The notes under the pieces were generated by a model, which saw only the letters and a list, made by a program, of their open reading frames with translations, did not search any database and had not been told where the DNA came from. From the UHGV virus genome UHGV-0252067: a stretch of DNA of 32,053 bases. One strand, written 5' to 3'. Both the position numbers and the translations under genes were made by a program. This DNA comes from a virus. Positions 9,861-18,624 of this stretch are shown here, piece by piece. Numbering within the stretch: the stretch's first letter is position 1; each line of letters begins with the position of its first letter.

Positions 9861-10156
9861 ATGCCTACCCTCTCTTCCAGATAGAGCTCCACCCGTTCTT
9901 CCTCCTGGTTGAGATAGCTTCGGTAGACACGGAAACGTTTTCCTTGGTACTCCACCTCTTCCTCTCCGTCGTAGTCAAACATAGAGACTTTCAGCTGGAG
10001 CCGGGGTTTCAAACCTGACTGTGCAGCTTTGTGGAACTCACCCTCAAAGATGGAGCCCGCCGAGACAAACACCTCCCGCAGAGACTCCGCCGGCGTGGGC
10101 ACACCGATGGAGTCCGCGATATAGGTGGTTTTCACTAAAACTGCCGTCCCATCCAC
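9845..10156 (-). CDS. Head closure / head-tail joining protein
   Basis: Position, size and motifs EFHKAAQSGLKP, DYDGE, VELYLEE. Confidence 0.78.
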   Translation of the reverse strand: MDGTAVLVKTTYIADSIGVPTPAESLREVFVSAGSIFEGEFHKAAQSGLKPRLQLKVSMFDYDGEEEVEYQGKRFRVYRSYLNQEEERVELYLEERVGICKSK

Positions 10157-10429
10157 TTAACCACGCCCCCTCTGGCCGAATAAGCGGTTGTTGATAGCAA
10201 GCCGCAGCATCCTGGGCATGCCGCTGTCACCATCCTTTCGCCGCCGGTACAGATAGGCTGCATACATACGGATCAAGTTGTCATCTTCCACAGTCCCCTC
10301 AAGGCGGATTCCCGTACCTTCCAACATGGTCTCCGCCCCGTCGAGTATCGACACGAGCAGGTCATCAATCTTGTCCGATGTGATTTGCAAGTCGATTTTG
10401 AGGAGCTTGAGCATCGTTGTATCCGCCAT
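10157..10429 (-). CDS. Head-tail connector (gp6-like)
   Basis: Follows the capsid gene; LKIDLQI..D and YAAYLYRRR motifs. Confidence 0.8.
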   Translation of the reverse strand: MADTTMLKLLKIDLQITSDKIDDLLVSILDGAETMLEGTGIRLEGTVEDDNLIRMYAAYLYRRRKDGDSGMPRMLRLAINNRLFGQRGRG

Positions 10430-10440
10430 AGGCAGCCTCC

Positions 10441-11817
10441 TTAATTCTCAGCAAGGGTGTTGGTGGCATCATCGGCAAAGGTGATGTTGGTCGCAGGAGC
10501 CGCACCGATTCCCATAACCACAAAGCCCTCGGGGATGACTGGCATACCGTCGTAGCGGGCAGTACCCTTGAATACAGTCTGGTCCTCCAGGAAACGGACA
10601 TGTTCGCTCTGTGACAGAGCAGTGCCCGCCCGTTCAGCCAGAAGATACAGATCTCCATAACCGCCGATGATGGTATTGTCAGGGATAAAGTCCAAAATCA
10701 CAATCTCACCGCCCACTACAGGCATAGTGCCAAGCTGGCCAGAAGTGATGGCGCCAGCTGCATTGATGCTCATCGCCTCGGCCATCAGGGTGGTGTAAGT
10801 AGCGTCGCTCATTGCCCAGAATTTCCCCCCACGGGAGTATTTCCCCTTGGCTGCGCCGGAGTTTTTGACGATGCTTTGGAATAATTTCACCCCAGTTGCG
10901 CTGGCTGTTGCAATAGTTAATACGTTGCTGGTATGCAGATCCGCCCAATCTCTTGCATTGGCCGGATAATCGGAGGGCGCTTCTGTCTGGGCCAGACGAG
11001 TCACAATGCCCAAAGGCATCTTCGTGCCGGTACCGAAAAGGATTGCCTTATCCAGCGCATAGCCAATGGCCTGCCCTAATGCTGAGATGATCTCGGATGC
11101 GAGGGCAATGTCGCTGTCCTCCAGGGTGGCATTGCAGATAGCGATATATCCGCCAACTTTGTAGCCGTCCACTTCCACCTGGTTAAAGGTCAGGTCGATT
11201 TCATTGAGCTTGGCACACATCTCTGTCCAAACCGCCTCAGGGATGGTACCCATGATATTTTGCCGCGCCTTTCCGGCCACAGTCCGCAGGTTGACCTTGG
11301 AAATCAACTTAGAATACTTGGCGATATTTTCTCGGATCACCTCCAGCATCACTGTGGGGATGAGCAGCTCAGAGCCGCTAACCGTCCGTTTCTCCTGCAT
11401 CAGGCCCCGCGCACGCTGCAAAAAGCCCTTTACTTCTTCGTTGGCGAAAAAGGCATCTCGCTGCTCCATGTCCATGTCGAAGAATTTGGCTCTAGTTTCC
11501 ATCTTGTCTGTCTCCTTTCGCGCCACTGGAGTGGCAGTGGGTTTGTTTCTCTCTTCAATCTCTGCGATTTCGCTTTCAATGTCAGTGATTTCCTGGATAA
11601 GGTTTCTCTGCTTTTCCTTATTTCCAGCTTTCTCCAACTCCAATTCGGTAATGGAGGTTTCCACAGTCTCCTGCTCCTCTTGGGTCGTTGCCTCGCCAAT
11701 GGCGGCTTCAATTTCTTTTTCGCGGATTTCAAATCCGCTTGCGGCAACCCGTAGACTCTCTAATTCAGCCTGTTTATCGGTGAGTTTTTTACGTAGCATC
11801 AATACTTTTAGTGCCAT
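10441..11817 (-). CDS. Major capsid protein, HK97 fold with N-terminal coiled-coil delta domain
   Basis: Likely start MALKVLML at 11817; motifs LLIPT, AVWTE, LDKAILFGTG..MPLGI, RFLEDQTVFKGTARYDG. Confidence 0.95.
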   Translation of the reverse strand: MALKVLMLRKKLTDKQAELESLRVAASGFEIREKEIEAAIGEATTQEEQETVETSITELELEKAGNKEKQRNLIQEITDIESEIAEIEERNKPTATPVARKETDKMETRAKFFDMDMEQRDAFFANEEVKGFLQRARGLMQEKRTVSGSELLIPTVMLEVIRENIAKYSKLISKVNLRTVAGKARQNIMGTIPEAVWTEMCAKLNEIDLTFNQVEVDGYKVGGYIAICNATLEDSDIALASEIISALGQAIGYALDKAILFGTGTKMPLGIVTRLAQTEAPSDYPANARDWADLHTSNVLTIATASATGVKLFQSIVKNSGAAKGKYSRGGKFWAMSDATYTTLMAEAMSINAAGAITSGQLGTMPVVGGEIVILDFIPDNTIIGGYGDLYLLAERAGTALSQSEHVRFLEDQTVFKGTARYDGMPVIPEGFVVMGIGAAPATNITFADDATNTLAEN

Positions 11818-12395
11818 TCTGTTTCCCCTTTCAGCTTTGTTTTCATGCCTATGCGCCATTGTTCCAGTTTCCGCTCCCTCGCTTGCTGATAGTCTTTTTT
11901 CCTCGCCTGGACGCTGGTCTGTTCGTAAGCCGGGAAGGTGACTACTGAGACCTCGTACAACTTCACTTTTTTGATCCTCCACTGTACAACCCCTGCGCCA
12001 GGGCCTTCCACCATCTCCTCATCCAAAATGTCAAAGCCAAAGGAGCATTGATCCACATCTTCACGTTGAACTCTGTGATACAAATTCATGGCATCAGCGT
12101 CCTGCTGGTTGATGCGAATGCGACCAAATAATCCCTTCTCATCCTCCTTGAGTTCCAAAGTGCCTGCCTTAGTCCTACCCAGTACAAGCCGTGTGTCGTG
12201 GTCTACAAGTGCCCGAATGTCATCATTCAATGCCTCTCGGAAAGCCCCTGGCAAAATGGTTTCTGTAGCCCCCGGCCACATCTCATAAAGGGCACCAAAC
12301 ACTGCAAAATACCCCTCAACGTACAGCTGGCCTTCTGCCTCCCGAGTCCGGAATGTCCCTGCTGCTGTACGGGTCTGCCTCATTTGCCTCTGCAA
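11808..12395 (-). CDS. HK97-family prohead protease
   Basis: Motifs EGYFAVF, ALVDHD..VLGRTKAGTL, CSFGF, LYEVSVVTFPAYEQT. Confidence 0.95.
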   Translation of the reverse strand: MQRQMRQTRTAAGTFRTREAEGQLYVEGYFAVFGALYEMWPGATETILPGAFREALNDDIRALVDHDTRLVLGRTKAGTLELKEDEKGLFGRIRINQQDADAMNLYHRVQREDVDQCSFGFDILDEEMVEGPGAGVVQWRIKKVKLYEVSVVTFPAYEQTSVQARKKDYQQARERKLEQWRIGMKTKLKGETEWH

Positions 12396-13574
12396 TTATT
12401 TACCGCCTCCCGCTACCTGATTCAATTTCTTTTGTTCTCCAATCATCCCAGCGGGGATGTAGTTTTCCAGAATTACCCGCTCATCGAGGCCGTCCAGCGG
12501 TGGCATGTTGAGCCACCCGCGCACCTCGTTCCCAGTCATGATTCCCCTCACATAAAGTTGCTGGCCCACCTCGGAAAGCTCCTTGTTGTCATACGAATAC
12601 AGCGACCGGGGCGACTGCCAGAAGTACAAATCACCGGATAACAGCAACTTGTGGGTCATTTCCTGGCAGATGGACTGAGAGATAGGCATGATCACTGTGT
12701 TAATAAAGTTCCGATGTTCCTCCACTCTGTAATCCCCGGCCCCCACTACATATGCGGGAACCTTGAAAATGGCTGCCACCGTCTTTTTATCCAAAGTGAC
12801 CGACTCGTTGATGGCCAAGTCATTGAGAGAAAGGGGCTTGATCTGCTCCACCTCAAACTGCTCCGCAGGGATCATCCAAGGTTCCCCCGCCTCGCTGGTG
12901 CTGAAATACCCTTCCAGCAGCTTTTTCCGGCCCTCCTCACTGGAAAATTCCTCGGTCAAGGCGTCTACTTTCACGATAATTGACGGCTTCCATTTGCTCC
13001 CCATAAACCCCTTTTTAGTTGCCGCTGCCTGCCGAAGGTTGGCAGTGACATCCTTGAGGATCGCTTGGTACCCCATTCCCCGCCATGGGCATTGGGGATC
13101 TGGATTAATGGAGAAGTGGAGCATTTCATCCGGTGAAAATTCTTTACCCTTATATAAAATCCGGTATCCATATCCATCTTGTACCGTCTGGGCCATCCCC
13201 GGGGGAAGAGGTATCAAATCCTCAATTAACCCTCCGTGGGTGATAGGGAGGACAAACTGATTCCCTGTCAACAGCATATTTTTGACAATATTAGTCATCC
13301 AGTTTTTCCGGGTGGTGTACTGACAAGGGTTGATATCCACCTTTTTGGCGAGACCATCCTTCACCCGAACATCCCCATTGGGCGTGTTGCGCATCAAGTA
13401 GATGGTCATAGAGCCAATCAGCTCTGCTATGTAATTTACCGCCATTTGCACCTCAGGATTGTCTGACAACCGGCTGTAGCCGGAGACACAAAGACTGTCA
13501 TACGCCTCATCAGAGCACATCCAGGCTACACAAGGCGACCGGCTGCGCCGTTTCCATTTGTCCATTAATCCCAT
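12396..13574 (-). CDS. Portal protein, HK97 family
   Basis: Lies between TerL and the protease; motifs LLTGN, MLHF, VAAIFKVP, GIMTGNEVR..LNMPP. Confidence 0.95.
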   Translation of the reverse strand: MGLMDKWKRRSRSPCVAWMCSDEAYDSLCVSGYSRLSDNPEVQMAVNYIAELIGSMTIYLMRNTPNGDVRVKDGLAKKVDINPCQYTTRKNWMTNIVKNMLLTGNQFVLPITHGGLIEDLIPLPPGMAQTVQDGYGYRILYKGKEFSPDEMLHFSINPDPQCPWRGMGYQAILKDVTANLRQAAATKKGFMGSKWKPSIIVKVDALTEEFSSEEGRKKLLEGYFSTSEAGEPWMIPAEQFEVEQIKPLSLNDLAINESVTLDKKTVAAIFKVPAYVVGAGDYRVEEHRNFINTVIMPISQSICQEMTHKLLLSGDLYFWQSPRSLYSYDNKELSEVGQQLYVRGIMTGNEVRGWLNMPPLDGLDERVILENYIPAGMIGEQKKLNQVAGGGK

Positions 13575-15317
13575 TTATTCATCTCCAAACCATCTCTTCG
13601 CCTTTGACGAACGCTCCAGGCTTTCCAGCTGTCGAACACAGGCAAACACCGCAGCGTCAAAAATATCGATCCTCTGTTCTGCCTGGATTTTCTCGTATTG
13701 AATCATATCGTCGGTCTTTTCTACGGCGCACACATTTTCCACACAGTATTCAAACGCCTCACTGTGTAGATAATATAGGGTTCCGTCCTTCGCCTGCTGT
13801 TCGATGTGACGGAAACCCTCCGACTTTTTATAAAAATATTGGGGCTGGTCGATGACTTTGAACCCAGCAGCTTGCATCCCCACGAAATACTCCCGGCAAA
13901 ATTTGCGGTCGTGCCCAATTTGTCGGATGTGGAAGCCCTTCTTGCGCATCATCACAAACCAGTTGATCACATCTGCCTGGTTGACCGTTGGAGAATTACA
14001 CATGGTCAGCCATCCATTGTCTCGCCACCCAAACAAAGGGATGCTGTCCTTGTCCGCCTTTTCGTGGGCGGCCACCACTGGGAACCAAGCATGGGTAACG
14101 ATGATGTCCACTCCTTTGTAACGTCCATAGAGCGCAGCGGCGGTCAGGTCGTGCATCTTGGACAAATCCGCCCCGCCATACCAGTCGATTGGAAATTTAG
14201 ACAGCTCTTCCAGCGTCCAGCTATACTTCTGGTCAGAGGCTCTAAATTCGGCCAAATTAAAGTAAGACCTCATGGAAGATGTGTATACATTCAGCGACTT
14301 GGATAGGAAGTCCTTTCGCTGCTGGGGGTCGTTCTGTGCCTGTAGAGCATCGTTCATGATATCCGCCTGGCGGATGGTCACCCCATAATTGGGGTTCGCT
14401 TTCTCATGCTGGATGGGGTCAGTAAAATCCACTTCCCCCTTCTCGCCCTCGTCTGCCTTGGCAATGAAGCAGAATAAGCTCTCATCCTGTACCGTCCCTT
14501 GCAAGACCTTCTGGCAATACTGGAGACGGCGGTAACAAAAGCTGTTTACGTTGTCCCCGGCGGTTGTAATCCCGATCATTAATTTGTTGGTGTAGGCTTT
14601 CATGGCCTCCTTGATGATATTGTATTGTTTGGGGCTTTTGTAGGCGTGAAGCTCATCTGCGATGGCGATGTTGCAGTTGAGGGAATCCTGGGTATCTGGG
14701 TTTGCGGCCAGTGCCTCAATGCGGATAGAACCGGTCTCCTTTCCGCTGCCATTAACGAATTTATAAGAGATGCTATGTTCGCTGTTGTTGTCCAACACCC
14801 GGAAATTCTCTATTTCACCCATCTCCCGTAGATTAAACAGGATGATGTTGAAACTTTGGAGGGCTTGTCGCAGTGCAGCCCCTACAATATAGACAGTCGA
14901 CCCTGAACGCCGTTCTAAAAGGGCCATCGCCCAGGCTAGAGCCGCCATAAAGGAAGTCTTTCCATTCTTTCGGGGGATGTAGATAAACGCTTCTTTGTAA
15001 CGCCTCTCGTTTGTCCCAGATAAATAAAAGCCGAACAGGTTGAAAACAATGAATTTCTGCCATACTTCTAGCTGGAATGGCCTTCCCTTTAACGGGGATC
15101 CATCAAGAGCCTCTCCTTGTTGATGGACAAAGGTTTGCTCGATGATTTTTATGACAAATTCCGGGTCTTTGGCTCGAAATTCATACCTGTTATCTTTTAG
15201 GTCTTTGTTGAAGCGGATACAAGCCAGCAATAGCTCCCGGCCAGCAATCTTTTCCCCCGCTATGATTGATGCCGCGTACCCCTTGACTTGTTCCAGGTTT
15301 GAAGATACCTTAGCCAT
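13575..15317 (-). CDS. terL: Terminase large subunit
   Basis: Walker A PRKNGKT, Walker B IADELH, ITTAG coupling motif, nuclease motifs [12 protein letters not shown] and RIDIFDA. Likely start MAKVSS at 15317. Confidence 0.96.
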   Translation of the reverse strand: MAKVSSNLEQVKGYAASIIAGEKIAGRELLLACIRFNKDLKDNRYEFRAKDPEFVIKIIEQTFVHQQGEALDGSPLKGRPFQLEVWQKFIVFNLFGFYLSGTNERRYKEAFIYIPRKNGKTSFMAALAWAMALLERRSGSTVYIVGAALRQALQSFNIILFNLREMGEIENFRVLDNNSEHSISYKFVNGSGKETGSIRIEALAANPDTQDSLNCNIAIADELHAYKSPKQYNIIKEAMKAYTNKLMIGITTAGDNVNSFCYRRLQYCQKVLQGTVQDESLFCFIAKADEGEKGEVDFTDPIQHEKANPNYGVTIRQADIMNDALQAQNDPQQRKDFLSKSLNVYTSSMRSYFNLAEFRASDQKYSWTLEELSKFPIDWYGGADLSKMHDLTAAALYGRYKGVDIIVTHAWFPVVAAHEKADKDSIPLFGWRDNGWLTMCNSPTVNQADVINWFVMMRKKGFHIRQIGHDRKFCREYFVGMQAAGFKVIDQPQYFYKKSEGFRHIEQQAKDGTLYYLHSEAFEYCVENVCAVEKTDDMIQYEKIQAEQRIDIFDAAVFACVRQLESLERSSKAKRWFGDE

Positions 15318-15678
15318 TTTCAATTTCCTGTAGGGCAATTTCAAGCTTGGATGCTGGGGGAGGGCCTTTTACACTCATAGAATCGAATGCCTTAGGGTTT
15401 AGGCACAGTCGGTCGGAGTAGGACAAAATGTCTTTGCGGAGGGCTTCCAAGGTTGCAACGATGGGGGCTTTCTTCATCCCACCCTGGGCCGACTTGGTTT
15501 GTATTTTATATTTGGATTGCTCAAACCGTTCCGTCAACACTCCATACTGTTCCCGTAATTCGGCATATACTTGGATGGTGGAGTCATATTCCGGGCGATA
15601 TACCCCCAGGGAGACCATTTTCTCCACGGTGTCCTCCACAATAACTTCCACTTGGCTCTCCCTGCCTTTGACTTGCAT
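15310..15678 (-). CDS. terS: Terminase small subunit (P27 family)
   Basis: Directly upstream of Ter[29 protein letters not shown] motif. Confidence 0.88.
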   Translation of the reverse strand: MQVKGRESQVEVIVEDTVEKMVSLGVYRPEYDSTIQVYAELREQYGVLTERFEQSKYKIQTKSAQGGMKKAPIVATLEALRKDILSYSDRLCLNPKAFDSMSVKGPPPASKLEIALQEIENG

Positions 15679-15699
15679 CTCCTCGCCCTCCTCTCAAAA

Positions 15700-15790
15700 A
15701 AATTTTTTAGATGATGCCGCAGTTGGAAATAGTTCCCCCCTCCGGTCCCCACTATGCCAAACATAGCCGTAGGGGGTGGGGGGGATCACT
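15700..15790 (-). other. Putative cos packaging site region
   Basis: Non-coding gap between the HNH gene and terS, with C-rich (CCCCCCACCCCC) and G-rich (GGGGACCGGAGGGGGG) tracts and an A/T tract. This is the usual cos position in HNH/P27-TerS/HK97-type phages; the exact cut site was not determined. Confidence 0.6.
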
Positions 15791-15840
15791 CCCCAGACTT
15801 TCCCGGTCTACTTCCACGTCTAATTTCATGCTCATTGGTT

Positions 15841-16101
15841 TCATGACCCATACCTCCTTCTGCTTCCAGCTTTTTCGGGGTGGGCTTTATTGTGACACTG
15901 GGCGCACAAGCTCACCAAGTTGTCATCTGCCAAGGCCAGTTCTGGGTACTCCTCCAACTCCTTGATATGATGGACTGTTACTGCCTGGGTAGTCCTCCCA
16001 TACCTTCGGCACTCTTGGCATTGGTACCCATCTCTCCGGAGGATGGCCGCCCGTTTCCGCTTCCATGCTCTGGTCTTATAAAATGGGTTTTGCTCTTTCA
16101 T
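15841..16101 (-). CDS. Terminase-associated HNH endonuclease (HK97 gp74-like)
   Basis: Motifs FYKTRAW, RDGYQCQEC, VHHI, NLVSLCAQCHNKAH; lies upstream of terS. Confidence 0.92.
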   Translation of the reverse strand: MKEQNPFYKTRAWKRKRAAILRRDGYQCQECRRYGRTTQAVTVHHIKELEEYPELALADDNLVSLCAQCHNKAHPEKAGSRRRYGS

Positions 16102-16270
16102 CTGGCGGCACCTCCTCAAAGTATCCCAAGCTGTTTAGCCGGAAATTTGCCGCATGCCGGATATCTTCCGTAAACGCGCATGGGCTTCTTCCACAGTGCT
16201 CGCAAGCCCTCTTGTCACATAGAAAAAAGATCCGCCTTTGCTTCTTGGAGGTTAAGTCGTTGTCCCTCAA
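16076..16270 (-). CDS. Small Cys-rich hypothetical protein
   Basis: GAGGAGG precedes the start; C-x3-C-x2-C-x4-C pattern; overlaps the HNH start. Confidence 0.6.
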   Translation of the reverse strand: MRDNDLTSKKQRRIFFLCDKRACEHCGRSPCAFTEDIRHAANFRLNSLGYFEEVPPDERAKPIL

Positions 16271-16286
16271 ATTATCGCCTCCTCAT

Positions 16287-16351
16287 TGATGGAAAGAGCA
16301 GGGACCGAACCTGCATCGTTTCAACGGTCTTACCAATTAGACGATCTCTCC
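16287..16351 (-). ncRNA. tRNA-like RNA with truncated anticodon arm
   Basis: GGAGAGA/TCTTTCC acceptor stem, GTCT-AATTGGTA-AGAC D arm, GCAGG-TTCGGTC-CCTGC T arm. Only CGTTGAAACG-AT lies between the D and T arms; ends A-TCA. Confidence 0.7.
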
Positions 16352-16414
16352 ATATGCGGCTCATCGCCGCAAGTTGTTTTGATGCCCGGTATACTCCGGG
16401 ATGGGAAACCCCAT

Positions 16415-16488
16415 TGGAGCCCATGACGGGGGTCGAACCCGCCCTTCCGGCGTGGGAAGCCAGTGTCCTGCCGCTGGACCACATGGGC
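16415..16488 (-). tRNA. tRNA-Gly (anticodon CCC)
   Basis: Full 74-nt cloverleaf: GCCCATG/CATGGGC acceptor stem, GTCC/GGAC D stem, CTGGC-TTCCCAC-GCCGG anticodon arm, GCGGG-TTCGACC-CCCGT T arm, U discriminator and encoded CCA. Confidence 0.93.
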
Positions 16489-16552
16489 ATGGATGCCGGT
16501 CTTTTCCCGGCTGCCAGGGCGGATTGGGTCCCCTCCGCCCAAGGGGTATGAC

Positions 16553-16588
16553 AAAAAAGGAGGGCAGGGAAGCTACTTCCCCACCCTC
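16553..16588 (-). terminator. Intrinsic terminator-like hairpin at the early/late boundary
   Basis: GAGGGTGGGGAAG-TAG-CTTCCCTGCCCTC followed by CTTTTTT. Confidence 0.75.
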
Positions 16589-16806
16589 ATGATACCAAGT
16601 TCGTGTTCCGATTCGTGCGATGATTTTTGAAGGATAATATCTACCCCCATGCGTTGGAGTGCAAATAGGGTATTGTAATCCAGAATAAATGGCAGTCCAT
16701 TGGCCATCCGATAAATCTTGTCGTTGCTTAAGCCCGTTTTCTTGCGGATTCTCCTCGCCGGGATACTGCTCATAATCTCGGCAATGTCGTCAAAAATCAC
16801 CGGCAT
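16573..16806 (-). CDS. Small HTH-like protein, possible late regulator
   Basis: Likely start MPVIFDD after AAAGGAGGG; ARRIRKKTGLSNDKIYRMANG is HTH-like; last gene before the late leader. Confidence 0.55.
   Translation of the reverse strand: MPVIFDDIAEIMSSIPARRIRKKTGLSNDKIYRMANGLPFILDYNTLFALQRMGVDIILQKSSHESEHELGIMRVGK
16589..16617 (-). promoter_or_regulatory. Candidate activator-dependent late promoter
   Basis: Extended -10 TGGTATCAT preceded by two CACGAA direct repeats 12 bp apart; no consensus -35. Confidence 0.45.
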
Positions 16807-16928
16807 CCCTCCTTTCCCGCCTGCCTCCGGATAGAGGCCCACACCTGCTGGAACCACTTCCGCCACAGCAGGCAGTCCGCCCGGAAGCAGCCTTCCTTTT
16901 CCGGGCATGTATTGCAAGGGGATTGCAT
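16797..16928 (-). CDS. Small Cys-rich hypothetical protein (43 aa, not in the ORF track)
   Basis: MQSPCNTCPEKEGCFRADCLLWRKWFQQVWASIRRQAGKEGCR*, preceded by AAGGAGG. Confidence 0.6.
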   Translation of the reverse strand: MQSPCNTCPEKEGCFRADCLLWRKWFQQVWASIRRQAGKEGCR

Positions 16929-16930
16929 GG

Positions 16931-17140
16931 TTATCCCTCCTTTTCTTCCATTTGGCGAAGGGCCTTGCACGCCAATTCTGCGGCCTCATATTCCAGCCAG
17001 CAGTTTTTCAGGACATTATAGTGATCTATGGGCAGTCCCAATGCCTCTGTTGTCTCCCCATATTTTTCTAGGAGTTTCATCTGCTGCACCAGTAGCATAT
17101 TGCTGTCTTCTATAATGCGGATGGCTTCTTTCGGCGTCAT
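16931..17140 (-). CDS. Hypothetical phage protein
   Basis: Coupled ORF with MTPKEAIRII..ACKAL pattern typical of early accessory genes. Confidence 0.7.
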   Translation of the reverse strand: MTPKEAIRIIEDSNMLLVQQMKLLEKYGETTEALGLPIDHYNVLKNCWLEYEAAELACKALRQMEEKEG

Positions 17141-17436
17141 CTCTCATCCCCCAAATCCATTTTCGCACCGCAGTTGGGGCAGTATCTACTGCTTATTGGG
17201 TTGTCAGCACCACAAATCGTACAATCGCCAAACTCGCAATATAACTCATCATACCCAGTACTTACCAACCTCCCATGCCTCACCGGGGCAACGTCGGCGG
17301 TTTCAAGATCGTTGATAACATTCTCGGCTTCCAGTTTGAGCATCATGTTTTCGGTAGATATTTGATCTTGAAAATATCCCTTGTATGCCCGGATTGCTTC
17401 AATTGCTTCCTCCCGTTCAATGTACTCCTTAGCCAT
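17137..17436 (-). CDS. Zinc-ribbon hypothetical phage protein
   Basis: EYIEREEA..ADVAPVRHG..CTICG..YCPNCGAKMD pattern. Confidence 0.8.
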   Translation of the reverse strand: MAKEYIEREEAIEAIRAYKGYFQDQISTENMMLKLEAENVINDLETADVAPVRHGRLVSTGYDELYCEFGDCTICGADNPISSRYCPNCGAKMDLGDER

Positions 17437-17474
17437 TGGCATCCTCCGCCAGGCCGCCGATCTCCATGCAGATT

Positions 17475-17756
17475 CTAAGCATTTTCATCCAAACCCCTCC
17501 ACTCCCAATTTTCTCCCCGTTTGCAGGTGACACATACCGCAGGGTCAAAGCCTGTCAAACGGTCGTGCTTACAGCTGCTGCAATCCCCTACATTTTTGAG
17601 ATCTTCCAGCATGGCCTCCAGCTGGGCGCCCGCCTCCCGGATGATTCGGCATCCCTGGGTAGAGCAGTTATGCTCCCGCCCACAGCCCAGGCAGGCAAGG
17701 CTGCCTGTCTGGACTTTTAGGTTTTTCAAGGCTCTGATTAGGTCGGTGCTATTCAT
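17475..17756 (-). CDS. Cys-rich hypothetical protein
   Basis: AAGGAG RBS; several CxxC motifs; NWEWRG ending. Confidence 0.7.
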   Translation of the reverse strand: MNSTDLIRALKNLKVQTGSLACLGCGREHNCSTQGCRIIREAGAQLEAMLEDLKNVGDCSSCKHDRLTGFDPAVCVTCKRGENWEWRGLDENA

Positions 17757-17770
17757 CGGCTTCTCCTTCC

Positions 17771-17903
17771 TCCGGCCCTCTGCCGGGTGCCAAAATCTCG
17801 CTTCATCGGTGCTGGTACCACCTCCACTTGACTTTGGTTCCCGAACGAACAGGAGAATGTTTTCGGGTGGGACAAATCAAAAACCACCCGGCAGAAGGCC
17901 GGA
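17771..17903 (-). repeat. 133-bp intergenic element bounded by 19-bp inverted repeats (candidate structured RNA)
   Basis: TCCGGCCCTCTGCCGGGTG (17771-17789) and CACCCGGCAGAAGGCCGGA (17885-17903); the single mismatch is a G-U pair on the minus strand. Confidence 0.7.
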
Positions 17904-17963
17904 ACTTACTATCTCTAACTATCTCTAACTCGCTAATCCTCCGGCGGCTCTGGCAGCGGCATC

Positions 17964-18515
17964 TTATCTAGCATTTCTATACCCCCACACACCATACTGG
18001 TTTTTAACTGCAACCGGCCTCCTCCTGTTGTTTGCCTGTACAATCCAATCTGCCCACCTGCAATTTGAAGGTTCATAGTCCCCATTGTAGTCAATACGGT
18101 CAATAGAAAGATGTTCTGCATATCCGTTTTCTTTCGCCCATTGCAGGAATTGGAGGAATCCGCTTTCGCTGTTAGCCCATTCCTCGCAAACCGTTATTCC
18201 ACGGCCACCATAGTCAGGATAGCTTTTACTTTTTGGATCAAAACAGCGTGACCGCATGGATTTCCAACATGTATACAAACGCCTTTCTTCTGTTGACAAA
18301 CCGTGATACTTTTCGTTTGCACGCTTGACATCCAAATTGAGGCAACCGCAAGACTTGCAATTTCCATTTACAAGGCTCCTACCGTGTGTAACCTTCTCTG
18401 CCCCACAATCGCATTGGCATCTCCACAGGATTTTGCCATAGCCGTCATGCCCAGCTTGCTCAATGACTGTCAACCGCCCGAATTTCATTCCTGACAAGTC
18501 CTTAAATTTTCCCAT
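17964..18515 (-). CDS. HNH-type homing endonuclease-like protein
   Basis: Motifs DLSGMKFGRLTVI, WRCQCDCG, KSCGC, YGGRGITVCEEW, SIDRIDYNGDYEPSNCRWA..QANN. Confidence 0.85.
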   Translation of the reverse strand: MGKFKDLSGMKFGRLTVIEQAGHDGYGKILWRCQCDCGAEKVTHGRSLVNGNCKSCGCLNLDVKRANEKYHGLSTEERRLYTCWKSMRSRCFDPKSKSYPDYGGRGITVCEEWANSESGFLQFLQWAKENGYAEHLSIDRIDYNGDYEPSNCRWADWIVQANNRRRPVAVKNQYGVWGYRNAR

Positions 18516-18624
18516 TCCAGTCCTCCTTGACGCTGATCCACCGGGGCCTCAGCTTGTCCATGCACCCGGCGCACACGCAGTACAGCACCGGCTCTTTCTT
18601 CCCGCAAAACTTACAGCTTGCCAT
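18502..18624 (-). CDS. Short Cys-rich ORF, probably a truncated 5' part of a DUF551-like gene
   Basis: MASCKFCG..CAGC..RWISVKEDWNGKI*; AAGGAGG RBS. Confidence 0.55.
   Translation of the reverse strand: MASCKFCGKKEPVLYCVCAGCMDKLRPRWISVKEDWNGKI

Noticed and set aside
16352..16414. HDV-like theta ribozyme after tRNA-Gly, or stop-codon recoding
   Set aside because: Only simple hairpins, with no nested double pseudoknot recognisable. Genes read intact in the standard code and the tRNA is not a suppressor.
16272..16554. ORFs 16272..16490, 16330..16554 and 16180..16551
   Set aside because: They overlap the tRNA and structured RNA cluster; no coding features.
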